Position numbers and translations under genes: made by a program. A DNA stretch of 64,000 bases from Lacisediminihabitans sp. Lineage in GTDB: Bacteria > Actinomycetota > Actinomycetes > Actinomycetales > Microbacteriaceae. Location: the NCBI RefSeq assembly GCF_036404185.1, contig NZ_DASWPB010000087.1:3532-67531 (forward strand), read 5' to 3'. Below the pieces are notes generated by a model. That model saw only the letters and a list, made by a program, of their open reading frames with translations. It was not told where the DNA came from and did no database searches. Positions 29,969 to 39,121 of this stretch are shown piece by piece. Each line of letters begins with the position of its first letter. Within the stretch, counting starts at the first letter, position 1.

Positions 29969-31207
29969 CTATTCCGACCTAGCATCGGCCAGCGTGCCGC
30001 CCATCGACAGGCTCGACCAGACGGCCAGGACGGCCACGAGCACCACGAATCCGACCAGCACGGCGGTGCTGGGGAGGAAGGCCAGCGCGAGGCCGATGAG
30101 CAGCACGGGGATCGCGAGGCCGGCATAGGCAACGAGAAAGAGCGCCGCGAGCACCTCTCCTCGGAATGGCGGCAGTGCGAGCGAGGCCGCGACGGCGACG
30201 GATGCGCGGAACTGCACTCCGACCCCCGCCCCGGCGATCACGGTGGAGACGACGAACAGGGGAAGGCTGACGACCACGGCACCGACGGCCATGAGCACGA
30301 GGCCGACGCCCATGAGCCACATCGCGAGCCTCAGTTGCCTGACCGTCGTCAACCGCGCGGCCGCCAGCTGGGCCACCGCCGCGGAGCCGAACAGCGCGAA
30401 GGTCACGACACCCGCCAGCAGCCTCGACGTCTCGTGCAGCGTGCCGGCGAGGAAGCTCGGGGCGAGGGAGGTGAAGAGCCCGAACACCGCGAAGGCGGAG
30501 AAGGCGGCGGCGCCGGCGGAGAAGAACATCCCCCTGGACTCCTCCGGAAGGGCGACCCGCTGCGGCCGGTATGCCGGCCGCTCCTCGCGGCGCTCGACCG
30601 TCTCCGGCACGAAGACGACGGCGATCCCCGCCAGGACCAGCAGGACGAGGAAGACGACGTAGGGGACGACGAGCGGTGCGGCGACGTATTGGGCCAGCAG
30701 CCCCGAGATCAGCGGCCCCGCGCCGAGCCCGCCGATATTGGCGATGCTGGAGATCGTCGCCGAGGCCCTGGGACCCTCGTCCGGGCGGGCGATCAGACGC
30801 AGTTCGCTCAGATGGGCGGTCGCCGTGGCGGTGAGCGCCCCGACCCCGACCCCGGAGACGAAGCGCGCCGTCAGCAGACCGGGGACCGCCGGCCAGACGA
30901 GGAACATCACGGCGGCCAGGATCTCGATGAGGACCGCGGCGAGGATGATGCGACGACGACCCAGCCAGTCGCTCACGTGTCCGGCCAGGTACAGGCTCGC
31001 CATCACCCCCACCGCGTAGGCCGCGAAGATCACGGTGACCAGCACCGTGGAGAAGCCGTCCCTCGCCTGATAGAGCGCGTAGAGCGGGGTGGGGATCGTG
31101 GAGAAGGCCATGACGATGAGGAAGGCGCCGGCGATGAGCCAGAAGCCGGCCCCGTGGCGGAGACGCCAGCCGCCGCGAGAGCCGATCGTGTGAGCAAGAG
31201 AAGTCAT
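29969..31207 (-). CDS. MFS transporter
   Basis: About 12 TM segments, GHVSDWLGRRR motif A, STIPTPLYALY. Confidence 0.92.
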   Translation of the reverse strand: MTSLAHTIGSRGGWRLRHGAGFWLIAGAFLIVMAFSTIPTPLYALYQARDGFSTVLVTVIFAAYAVGVMASLYLAGHVSDWLGRRRIILAAVLIEILAAVMFLVWPAVPGLLTARFVSGVGVGALTATATAHLSELRLIARPDEGPRASATISSIANIGGLGAGPLISGLLAQYVAAPLVVPYVVFLVLLVLAGIAVVFVPETVERREERPAYRPQRVALPEESRGMFFSAGAAAFSAFAVFGLFTSLAPSFLAGTLHETSRLLAGVVTFALFGSAAVAQLAAARLTTVRQLRLAMWLMGVGLVLMAVGAVVVSLPLFVVSTVIAGAGVGVQFRASVAVAASLALPPFRGEVLAALFLVAYAGLAIPVLLIGLALAFLPSTAVLVGFVVLVAVLAVWSSLSMGGTLADARSE

Positions 31208-31265
31208 GGTTGTTATGGTCGGCCTGTTTGCCAATCGTGTCCAACGACTGTGTTTGATATTACTG

Positions 31266-31280
31266 ATCGTCTTCATCGAT
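31266..31280. promoter_or_regulatory. LysR-type binding site
   Basis: ATCG-N7-CGAT (T-N11-A core) between the divergent MFS and LysR genes. Confidence 0.65.
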
Positions 31281-31289
31281 AATCAGGGG

Positions 31290-32264
31290 ATGGAGACGCG
31301 TCAGCTCGAGTACTTCGTCACCGTGGCGGAGGAGCTCAGTTTCACCCGTGCGGCCGGGCGGTTATTCGCGGTGCAGTCGACCGTCTCCGCTGGCATCCGG
31401 GCGCTCGAGCACGACCTCGGAACCACCCTCTTCGAACGCTCCACCAAACACGTCGCGCTCACCGTGGCGGGGACGGCGATGCTCCCGGAGGCGCGGCGCG
31501 CCATCGAGGCGGTCGACCGCGTGCGCACCGCCGCCGCCCCGACCAGCGCGGGCATCCGCGGCCGGCTGCGGGTGGGCATCTTCACGAACCTCGAGTTCGT
31601 CGACCTGCCCGGCATCTTCGGAGAGTTCCACGATCACCATCCGCTAGTCGATCTCCAATTGGCCGCCTCGCCCTCCGGGTCGACGGGACTCGCCGACGAC
31701 GTGCGACGGGGTCGCATCGACGCGGCCTTCATGGGTCTGCCGCTGCAGGACCTGGCCGGGTTCAGGGTGCTGAGCCTGGCGGAGTCGGGCTTCAGCGTGG
31801 TGATGCCGGCCACGCATCCTCTCGCCTCCCGGCGCACGATCGAGCTCTCCGAGCTTGCCCACGAGCGCTGGATCGACTCCCCCGACGGCTTCGGCAATCG
31901 AATCGCCGTCGACCGGGCGTTCGCGAGCGCGCGGCTCAGCAGGACCATCACCACCCAGGTCGCCGACCTCGGGGAGATCCCCCGCTTCGTCGCCGCCGGA
32001 CTCGGCATCGCCGTCATCCCGACCATCACCTACGTCCCGGCCGACGGCGTCGTCCTCGCCAGGCTCACCGGCCACGACGTCGACTGGAGGCTGAGCCTCA
32101 TCAGCAGGACCTCGCCGAGCCCCGCCGTCTCCGCCCTGCTCGATCTGCTCGAGCACCGCTTCGAGGGCACGGGCGACTCGCCCGCCCCTCAGGGAGGCGC
32201 GATCAGCGGGCGGCGAGCCCGGGGCGACGGGCACGCCGCATCCGTCTGGCCCGGCCGGCGGTGA
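31290..32264 (+). CDS. LysR family transcriptional regulator
   Basis: METRQLEYFVTVAEELSFTRAA..LF..QSTVS..IRALE..LGTTLFERS. Confidence 0.95.
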   Translation: METRQLEYFVTVAEELSFTRAAGRLFAVQSTVSAGIRALEHDLGTTLFERSTKHVALTVAGTAMLPEARRAIEAVDRVRTAAAPTSAGIRGRLRVGIFTNLEFVDLPGIFGEFHDHHPLVDLQLAASPSGSTGLADDVRRGRIDAAFMGLPLQDLAGFRVLSLAESGFSVVMPATHPLASRRTIELSELAHERWIDSPDGFGNRIAVDRAFASARLSRTITTQVADLGEIPRFVAAGLGIAVIPTITYVPADGVVLARLTGHDVDWRLSLISRTSPSPAVSALLDLLEHRFEGTGDSPAPQGGAISGRRARGDGHAASVWPGRR

Positions 32265-32655
32265 GCACGAGGGCGACGGCCACACCGACGACCGTCCCGG
32301 CCGAGTTCGCGACGATGTCCCGGATGTCGGTGACCCTGCCCGGTACAGCCAACTGAGCGATCTCGATGGCAAAGGTCATCGCGACACCCGCGAGGACGCT
32401 GACGAACCACCAGCGCCTGCCGAACAGGAGCAGGAAGAACATCCCGATCGGGACGAAGAGCAGCACGTTGGCGAGGAACTCGACCCGGGAGTAGGTGAGC
32501 CAGTTGGTCGACTGATGCCTGCCGAAGAAGCCGAGCAGTCGCCAGAGCCAGACACCGCTGTGACCCTGGAGCGGCTGGGGCCCGAGCGTCAGCCATCCGA
32601 CGAAGCCCAGATAGGCCACCGTCACGAGGCTGAGGAGGGGATGTCTGCGAAACAT
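32203..32655 (-). CDS. VanZ family membrane protein
   Basis: EFLANVLLFVPIG, IEIAQL.VPGR..DIRDIVANSAG. Confidence 0.88.
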   Translation of the reverse strand: MFRRHPLLSLVTVAYLGFVGWLTLGPQPLQGHSGVWLWRLLGFFGRHQSTNWLTYSRVEFLANVLLFVPIGMFFLLLFGRRWWFVSVLAGVAMTFAIEIAQLAVPGRVTDIRDIVANSAGTVVGVAVALVLTAGRARRMRRARRPGLAAR

Positions 32656-32702
32656 CGCCCCATCCTCCGCCACGATCCTGTGTGTTGGACCGGTCCAACC
32701 GG

Positions 32703-33350
32703 CTACTGCGCTCCGTATCCGCCGACCGGGCTGAAGCCGGTTGGCAGGGCGAACGGGTCGATGATCCTGCCGGAGCGATCCGAGTCGCGCACGAGCGCCG
32801 CGAGTTCACTCGCGCCCCGGTTGATCCGGTCGGGGAGCGCACCGGACGCCGCATCCGCACCGCTCCCCCAGTCGCTCGACGCCGCGTACACGGAGGTCGG
32901 GACGACGACGGCATGGAGATAGGTGAACAGCGGCCGCATCGAGTAGTCGAGGGCGAGCGAGTGCCGTTCCGTCCCGCCCGTCGCCCCGATGAGGACGGGC
33001 AGATCAGTGAGGGCGGTCGGCTCGATCACGTCGATGAACGACTTGAACAGGCCGCTGTAGGTCGTCGTGAAGATCGGCGTGACCGCGATCAGGCCGTCCG
33101 CGGAGCTCACCTGCTCGATGGCCGCCTCGAGCTTCGGCGGAGCGAAGCCGGTGAGCAGGTTGTTGGTGATGTCGTGCGCAAGATCGCGCAGTTCCACCAC
33201 CTCGACCTCCGCCCGCACTCCGAGGGAATCGAGGCGTGCCACGGTCGCGGCGGTCAGCCGATCGGCGAGCAGCCTCGTCGACGAGGGCTGGCTGAGCCCG
33301 GACGACACCACAACGACGCGTTTCACGGAGTTTTCGCCCTCAGCGCTCAT
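32703..33350 (-). CDS. NADPH-dependent FMN reductase (CE1759-like)
   Basis: SSGLSQPSSTRLLAD, TPIF..TYSGLFKSFID, ATGGTERHSL. Confidence 0.92.
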   Translation of the reverse strand: MSAEGENSVKRVVVVSSGLSQPSSTRLLADRLTAATVARLDSLGVRAEVEVVELRDLAHDITNNLLTGFAPPKLEAAIEQVSSADGLIAVTPIFTTTYSGLFKSFIDVIEPTALTDLPVLIGATGGTERHSLALDYSMRPLFTYLHAVVVPTSVYAASSDWGSGADAASGALPDRINRGASELAALVRDSDRSGRIIDPFALPTGFSPVGGYGAQ

Positions 33351-34515
33351 TGCCGGCCACCTCCAGGGTCGTCGCATCCGTTTTTTCCTTGAGATCGGTT
33401 CCGGCGACGGGGAGATCGGTCCCGGCGGCGGGATCGGTTCCGACGGCGCGCGCGGCGACGAGGGATGCGTGGGTCGGGCCGTCGGGAACCTCGGTCGGAC
33501 GATCCTTGGCGAGCTCCCTGCGGAGGACCGGCACGACCTCCTCACCCAGGATGTCGAGCTGCTCGAGCACGGTCTTCAGCGGAAGCCCCGCATGGTCCAT
33601 GAGGAACAGCTGGCGCTGGTAGTCGCCGAAGTGCTCGCGCATCCCCGCGTACCGGTCGATGACCTGCTGCGGGCTGCCGACGGTCAGCGGGGTCTGTTCC
33701 GCGAACTCCTCGAGGCTGGGACCGTGCCCGTAGACCGGCGCCTCGTCGAAGTAGGGGCGGAACTCGTTCACGGCGTCCTGCGAGTTCTTACGCATGAAGG
33801 CCTGGCCGCCCAATCCGACGATCGCCTGCGCGGCGGTGCCGTGCCCGTAGTGCTCGAAGCGCTGGCGGTAGTAGCCGATCAGCCGCATGTAGTGCTCCTT
33901 CGGCCAGAAGATGTTGTTGGCGAAGAAGCCGTCGCCGTAGTAGGCGGCCTGCTCGGCGATCTCCGGGCTGCGGATGCTGCCGTGCCAGACGAACGGCGCG
34001 ACACCGTCGAGCGGACGTGGAGTGGAGGTGAAGCCCTGCAGCGGCGTGCGGTATTTGCCCTGCCAGTCGACGACCTCCTCCGTCCACAGGCGGTGCAGGA
34101 GGGCGTAGTTCTCGATGGCGAGCGGGATGCCCTCCCGGATGTCCTTGCCGAACCACGGGTAGACCGGCCCGGTGTTGCCGCGGCCCATCATCAGATCGAC
34201 CCGGCCGTCCGCGACGTGCTGAAGCATCGCGTAGTCCTCCGCGATCTTCACCGGATCGTTGGTGGTGATGAGCGTCGTCGACGTGGAGAGGATGATCCTG
34301 TCCGTCCTGGCCGCCACGTAGCCGAGCATGGTGGTCGGGCTCGACGGGATGAACGGCGGGTTGTGGTGCTCGCCGAGCGCGAAGACGTCAAGGCCGACCT
34401 CCTCCGCCTTCTGTGCGATGGTCAGGATGTTCCCAATCCGCTCGTGCTCCGTCGGCATCCGCCCGGTGGTCGGGTCGGGCGTCACGTCTCCGACGGTGAA
34501 GATTCCGAACTGCAT
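33340..34515 (-). CDS. Luciferase-like (LLM) flavin-dependent monooxygenase, CE1758-like
   Basis: MQFGIFTVGD, ALGEHH, DPVKIAEDYA, GRGN, WHGSIRS; coupled to the FMN reductase. Confidence 0.93.
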   Translation of the reverse strand: MQFGIFTVGDVTPDPTTGRMPTEHERIGNILTIAQKAEEVGLDVFALGEHHNPPFIPSSPTTMLGYVAARTDRIILSTSTTLITTNDPVKIAEDYAMLQHVADGRVDLMMGRGNTGPVYPWFGKDIREGIPLAIENYALLHRLWTEEVVDWQGKYRTPLQGFTSTPRPLDGVAPFVWHGSIRSPEIAEQAAYYGDGFFANNIFWPKEHYMRLIGYYRQRFEHYGHGTAAQAIVGLGGQAFMRKNSQDAVNEFRPYFDEAPVYGHGPSLEEFAEQTPLTVGSPQQVIDRYAGMREHFGDYQRQLFLMDHAGLPLKTVLEQLDILGEEVVPVLRRELAKDRPTEVPDGPTHASLVAARAVGTDPAAGTDLPVAGTDLKEKTDATTLEVAGNER

Positions 34516-34553
34516 CTCTTGTCGCGCTCCCTGTGTTGAGGTCCTCGTATCAT

Positions 34554-34604
34554 TTCCATGCGTTTGCATGGAATGGTAACGGATCGGCACGGGTGGGTAT
34601 TCCC
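34554..34604 (-). promoter_or_regulatory. SigH/SigR-type promoter plus palindromic operator for the LLM operon
   Basis: Minus strand GGGAAT-N17-CGTT (34604-34578); palindrome TTCCATGC-gttt-GCATGGAA (34554-34573) immediately downstream. Confidence 0.7.
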
Positions 34605-34609
34605 TGCCG

Positions 34610-35251
34610 TCAGCCGCCCGCCCGAGCGCTCAGCTGAAGCCAGGGCGGCACCGGCGGGCATCGCTGCTCGAAGAAGCGCACCGTCGCATCCGGCGCCGCC
34701 CCGTGGAGGAGCCCCTGGTACGGATCCCAGCCGGAGGAGGTTCCGGGAGCGTCACGGAGCGCCAGCTGGTCCGGCGCGGGCGAGGGCGCCCCCGCCAGGA
34801 GCAGGCAGGGTCGCACGACGCCCCGCTGGTAGGCCGCCTCCAGGGACGTCTGCTTCGGCCCGAGCAGGCTCAGCAGGATGAACACGGTCGGGTAGGCGAC
34901 CTCGCAGCTGTAGGTGGTCACCGCGAAATCCAGCGGAGACTGCCCGTCGCTGCTGGAGTAGGAATAGCCCTGTCCGTCGTCCGTCGGCGTGACGGCGAAC
35001 CCCGCCGCCCGCAGACACGCGGCCATCGTCGTGGCCCATTCGTAGTCCGGGATGGTCCGGACCGGCGACACGGCCGGTCGCACCGCCTCGGGGTAGAGCC
35101 TCGACACCTCCCGCCACTCCCCGTCCTTGAGCGTGGAGACCATCCTGGTCCGCTCCGCCTCGCCGATCACCGGTGGCGGGCTCGCGCAACCGGTCAGCAG
35201 GACGGCGGATGCCGCGAGCGCCAGCACCCCGGTGAGACCACGCGTGAGCAT
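34610..35251 (-). CDS. Hypothetical lipoprotein
   Basis: Signal peptide with lipobox LLTG-C; four further Cys. Confidence 0.75.
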   Translation of the reverse strand: MLTRGLTGVLALAASAVLLTGCASPPPVIGEAERTRMVSTLKDGEWREVSRLYPEAVRPAVSPVRTIPDYEWATTMAACLRAAGFAVTPTDDGQGYSYSSSDGQSPLDFAVTTYSCEVAYPTVFILLSLLGPKQTSLEAAYQRGVVRPCLLLAGAPSPAPDQLALRDAPGTSSGWDPYQGLLHGAAPDATVRFFEQRCPPVPPWLQLSARAGG

Positions 35252-35289
35252 GTCGCCAGCCTGACACCCGCGGGCGGCGGCGAGAAGCC

Positions 35290-36045
35290 TTAGAGGTCGA
35301 GGACGGCCAGCGCCGCCTCGTGCAGCGCCAGGCCGTAGCTCCTGCCGTGACCGGCCGCGTGCACGGCGAGGGGATGCAGCTGGTGCAGCGGCACACGTCG
35401 CCGCCAGCCCGCCCGCAGCGGGGTCACCGACTGGTAACCCTCCTGGATCTGCGACAGATGCGGGCAGCCGAAGAGCGCGAGCATCGCCAGATCCGTCTCC
35501 CGGTGACCGCCGTGCGCCGCGGGATCGATCAGCCGGACGCCGTCTTTCGACCAGAGCACGTTGCCGCTCCACAGATCGCCGTGGATGCGCGCGGGGCCAT
35601 CGCCGTCGTCGAACTCCCCCGCGCCGATCCGGTCGCAGGCCGAGGTGACGTCACGCGCCTCCGCCGTCGTCACGGTTCCGGCACGCCTGGCCGCCTCGAG
35701 GAACGGCAGCACCCGATCCCTCGCGTAGAACCGGCCCCAGGTGGCCTCGTCGGCCACGGGCATCCGTCGATCGCCGATGAACAGCGGCCCGTCCCAGCCG
35801 TCCGGAGGCGCACCGAAGGAGGCTGCGCCCGCGGCGTGCATCCTCGCGAGGCGCTGGCCGAACAGTTGCGCCTCGCGGGCCGTCGGGGTGACCTCGACGA
35901 TCCGCTCCAGCCCGATGAGGCCCGGCTCCACCCGGATGACGGGCGCCGTCGGCATGCCGGCGGAGGCGAGCCAGGCGAGTCCCGCAGCCTCGGCCTCGAA
36001 GAAACCGGCCGGAGCATCCGCGCGGCGCTTGATCACCGTCGTCAT
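35290..36045 (-). CDS. Fructosamine kinase family protein
   Basis: FEAEAAGLAWL, IHGDLWSGN, LIDPAAHGGHRETDLAML. Confidence 0.92.
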   Translation of the reverse strand: MTTVIKRRADAPAGFFEAEAAGLAWLASAGMPTAPVIRVEPGLIGLERIVEVTPTAREAQLFGQRLARMHAAGAASFGAPPDGWDGPLFIGDRRMPVADEATWGRFYARDRVLPFLEAARRAGTVTTAEARDVTSACDRIGAGEFDDGDGPARIHGDLWSGNVLWSKDGVRLIDPAAHGGHRETDLAMLALFGCPHLSQIQEGYQSVTPLRAGWRRRVPLHQLHPLAVHAAGHGRSYGLALHEAALAVLDL

Positions 36046-36056
36046 GCCGGAGACAC

Positions 36057-36482
36057 CTAGCGGGTCTGGCCGATCAGGAGGTCGACGCGCAGCGCGCCTC
36101 TCTCCTTGGCCAGCTTCACCGGGATGCGCACCTTCTGTCCGCGCTTGTCGAGGCGACTGAGCGCCTCGTCGACGATCGGCTCGAGGCCACGCGGGACCGT
36201 CCCGACGACCCCGCTGACGCGCGTCCCCGCGAACAGGCGGACGAGCATGGGAGCGTCGGTGCGCTCGTCCTCGATGCTGCGGCGCGAGATCGCCGTCTCG
36301 AGCGTCTCCTCGCCGACCTCGACCAGCCGGCGCAACTCCTCCTGGTGCGGGTTGCTGTCGGCCAGCCGGATCCTGACGCGCGCCCTCGCCGGGACGAGGT
36401 CGTACCGGTAGTCGTTGAAGGATCCGGAGCCCCGATCGTCCTTGGGAAGCGGATTGTCGTCGTCTCGACTGAAGAGGCCCAT
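36057..36482 (-). CDS. Hypothetical protein
   Basis: 141-aa ORF with normal high-GC codon usage filling the gap; MGLFSR start. Confidence 0.7.
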   Translation of the reverse strand: MGLFSRDDDNPLPKDDRGSGSFNDYRYDLVPARARVRIRLADSNPHQEELRRLVEVGEETLETAISRRSIEDERTDAPMLVRLFAGTRVSGVVGTVPRGLEPIVDEALSRLDKRGQKVRIPVKLAKERGALRVDLLIGQTR

Positions 36483-36533
36483 GGGATAGATGCTATCGAG
36501 CCAGGGCCTCTCGCGAGTCCGTCGGTGCGCGGT

Positions 36534-36953
36534 TCAGGCGGCCTTGTCCCTGCTCTGCCCGGCGCGGCGGGGCGCCACCGAGATCACGGCGCCATTCGGC
36601 ACCTGGGCATCGGCATCGATCTTCGCTCCCGGCGCGATCCGCACACCCTCGCCGATGCGGGAGTGGCTGCCAAGGCGCGCGCCCCCGCCGACCTGGGTGT
36701 CCCGGCCGACATGGACGTTCTGACCGATGAATACGCGCTCGCCGATGACCGCGCCCTGATCGATCCAGCTGCCGGCACCGATCGTGGTGCCCGCCCCGAC
36801 CCTGGCCTCCGACTCGATGTAGGCGGTGGGCGCGACGAACACACTCGGCTGCACACGCGCACGCGGCGACACGAGCCCCTTGCCATTGGAATGGCGCTGG
36901 TACCTCAGCACAGCACCGTTCTCATCGTCGATCTCGATATTCACTCTTCCCAT
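36534..36953 (-). CDS. Hexapeptide-repeat (left-handed beta-helix) transferase-like protein
   Basis: Serial (I/V)G repeats ARVGAGTTIGAGSWIDQGAVIGERVFIGQNVHVGRD; AGGAGG RBS. Confidence 0.85.
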   Translation of the reverse strand: MGRVNIEIDDENGAVLRYQRHSNGKGLVSPRARVQPSVFVAPTAYIESEARVGAGTTIGAGSWIDQGAVIGERVFIGQNVHVGRDTQVGGGARLGSHSRIGEGVRIAPGAKIDADAQVPNGAVISVAPRRAGQSRDKAA

Positions 36954-36973
36954 ATGACCCTCCTGTTGTGCTT

Positions 36974-36999
36974 AACCACCAATGACGCCCGGAGATTCC
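36974..36999 (-). promoter_or_regulatory. SigH/SigE-type ECF promoter
   Basis: Minus strand GGAAT-N17-GGTT, 20 nt upstream of the start codon. Confidence 0.6.
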
Positions 37000-37121
37000 T
37001 CGTTATTCCCCACCAACGCGGCTGGACGCCCGGACAAGGCTCTAGACGGCCGGGTCCTCGCGGTTCTAGCGTTCAGAAACGGGCGGCACGAGGGACCGCC
37101 TCCGATGCGTTGGGAGTTCTC

Positions 37122-37976
37122 ATGAACGGATTGACGGAAACGGAACTGAACGAGATCGCCAGAGCCAATGCGCTCGGCACACGGCCCGTGGTGTTCGTCC
37201 ACGGGCTCTGGCTGCTGTCGAGCAGCTGGGATCGATGGCGGGCCCTGTTCGAGGACAACGGCTACGCGACGATCGCGCCCGGGTGGCCGGACGATCCGGA
37301 CACGGTCGAGGAGGCGAAGAGGGACCCGAGCGTCTTCGCGCACAAGATGGTCGGACAGGTCACCGACCACTACCTCGACGCCATCGCGAAGCTCGACCAC
37401 GAGCCGGTCGTGATCGGCCATTCCTTCGGCGGCCTCATCGCCCTGAAGATCGCCGGAGAGGGTGCGGCCGCCGCCACGGTCGCGATCGACAACGCCCCGT
37501 TCCAGGGTGTCCTGCCGTTGCCGGTCTCCTCGCTCAAGTCGTCCGCGCCCGTGCTGACCAACCCGACCAACGTCGGCAAGGCGGTGGCCCTCACCCTGGA
37601 GCAGTTCACCTACGGCTGGGCGAACAACCTCGAGGCGGACGAGGCGAAGGAGCTCTGGGAGACCTACCACGTGCCCGCGCCGGGGGCACCGCTGTTCCAG
37701 GCGGCGACGGCCAACTTCAACCCGTTCTCCGAGACCAAGGTCGACACCCGCAACCCGGAGCGCGGCCCCGTCCTGATCATCGCCGGAGCGAACGACAACA
37801 CCGTGCCGCTCGCGATCACCCGGGCGACCTACAACCTGGAGAAGAAGAATGCCGGAGAGACCCGCATCACGGAGATTCCGGGCCGCGGACACTCGCTGGT
37901 CATCGATCACGGCTGGCGCGAGGTGGCGGACACGGCGCTCGAGTTCACGCTGACCTACGCCGATCCGACGCCCTGA
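37122..37976 (+). CDS. Alpha/beta fold hydrolase
   Basis: VVFVHGLWL, GHSFGG nucleophile elbow, D.TVP, RGHSL. Confidence 0.92.
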   Translation: MNGLTETELNEIARANALGTRPVVFVHGLWLLSSSWDRWRALFEDNGYATIAPGWPDDPDTVEEAKRDPSVFAHKMVGQVTDHYLDAIAKLDHEPVVIGHSFGGLIALKIAGEGAAAATVAIDNAPFQGVLPLPVSSLKSSAPVLTNPTNVGKAVALTLEQFTYGWANNLEADEAKELWETYHVPAPGAPLFQAATANFNPFSETKVDTRNPERGPVLIIAGANDNTVPLAITRATYNLEKKNAGETRITEIPGRGHSLVIDHGWREVADTALEFTLTYADPTP

Positions 37977-37998
37977 GTCCTGCCCGGTGCGGTGGCAG

Positions 37999-38034
37999 GA
38001 AAAAGGCCCGCCCACGTATACATGGGCGGGCCTT
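37999..38034 (-). terminator. Intrinsic terminator of rpsO (probably bidirectional)
   Basis: 12-bp stem AAGGCCCGCCCA-N8-TGGGCGGGCCTT with a T-run on the minus strand. Confidence 0.85.
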
Positions 38035-38073
38035 CCGAGCCAGTCGTCGATCCGCGCGACGCCGGGAAAGAAC

Positions 38074-38343
38074 CTAGCGGCGCAGTCCGAGACGCTCGAT
38101 GAGCGACCGGTAACGCGAGATGTCGATGTCCTGCAGGTAGCCCAGCAGGCGACGACGCTGGCCGACCAGCAGAAGCAGGCCACGACGGGAGTGGTGGTCG
38201 TGCTTGTGCTCTTTCAGGTGCTCGGTGAGATCCTTGATGCGCGCGGTCAGCATTGCGACCTGCACTTCGGGGCTACCGGTATCACCCGGGTGGGTTGCGT
38301 ACTCGTCGATGATCGACTTCTTGGCATCTGGTGCTAATGGCAT
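38074..38343 (-). CDS. rpsO: 30S ribosomal protein S15
   Basis: [30 protein letters not shown]. Confidence 0.99.
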   Translation of the reverse strand: MPLAPDAKKSIIDEYATHPGDTGSPEVQVAMLTARIKDLTEHLKEHKHDHHSRRGLLLLVGQRRRLLGYLQDIDISRYRSLIERLGLRR

Positions 38344-38420
38344 AGATGGCCCCTCTCACTCGTTGCGCGGTGCCCGTAACAGGATGTCCGAGCTCTCTTT
38401 ATCCGCGGCCGTCTGACGGC
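38344..38420 (-). promoter_or_regulatory. rpsO 5' leader, probable S15 autoregulatory RNA
   Basis: Complementary CGCGG/CCGCG segments flanking an inner stem upstream of the RBS; S15-binding leaders are established in Actinobacteria. Confidence 0.45.
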
Positions 38421-38539
38421 AACTTCCCCACTTTAGCAGGGATGGGGAGCGGCCGCGGCCCACGACTCGTGCCGCCAGGCTGGCCTAGCATGCGGAATGC
38501 CCATGCGGCACCGATTCCCGCGATCCAGAAAGCCGAGCC

Positions 38540-39005
38540 ATGACCCGCCCAGAACCCACCTACAGCATTAACGACCTCGAGCGGGAACCGGTTGCCGAGT
38601 TCCCCTCCTTCACCCGCGACGACGCGGCCAGGCTGGGGAGATCACCGTCGCCGTCATCCGCGAATGGGAGCGGAACCTCGCCGTGGACATCCACATCGGC
38701 GACGAGCTGGCCTACCGCGCGCAACTCGGCAGCACCGGGCAGGGCAACGCCGACGTCATCCAGGGCAAGATCCTCGTGGTCAAGAGGTTCGGTCACAGCT
38801 CGCTCCTGGCGCGGCTGAGGAAGGAAGAGGACCCGTCCCTCGCCGATGGCCTGGATGACGACTACAAGTTCTGGGCGGCTGCATCCCGATCTTCGTCGGC
38901 GGAGAGCTCGTGGGAACGGTCGCGACCTCCGGCGAGGAGGACGTCGTCGACCACGAGGCCACCGCGGAAGCCGTCAGGCGCTATCTCGCCGAGCTCGTCG
39001 GGTAA
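38540..39005 (+). pseudogene. Heme-binding GlcG/HbpS (DUF336)-family gene with two -1 frameshifts
   Basis: Adding one G at 38635-38638 and one at 38873-38875 gives ...FTRDDAARLGEITVAVI...KRFGHSS...WGGCIPIFVGGELVGTVATSG...DHE; may be sequencing error. Confidence 0.8.
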
Positions 39006-39093
39006 CCGGGAGGCCACGCGTCCGCTCCTCCACAGTGCGGCCCCCGCACACTTCTCCACGGCCATAACACCGGTCCGATCAGCACAAAGGCAA

Positions 39094-39115
39094 TGTCGGT
39101 GGCTCGTGATTGAGT
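39094..39115 (+). promoter_or_regulatory. RecA-NDp/PafBC-like promoter of the DUF222-HNH gene
   Basis: TGTCGG-N10-TTGAGT followed 6 nt later by ATG (leaderless); -10 deviates from TANNNT. Confidence 0.6.
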
Positions 39116-39121
39116 GTTCTC

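Noticed and set aside
32203-32655. Glycopeptide-resistance locus
   Set aside because: Lone VanZ-family membrane protein with no vanHAX/vanRS nearby; the family is widespread
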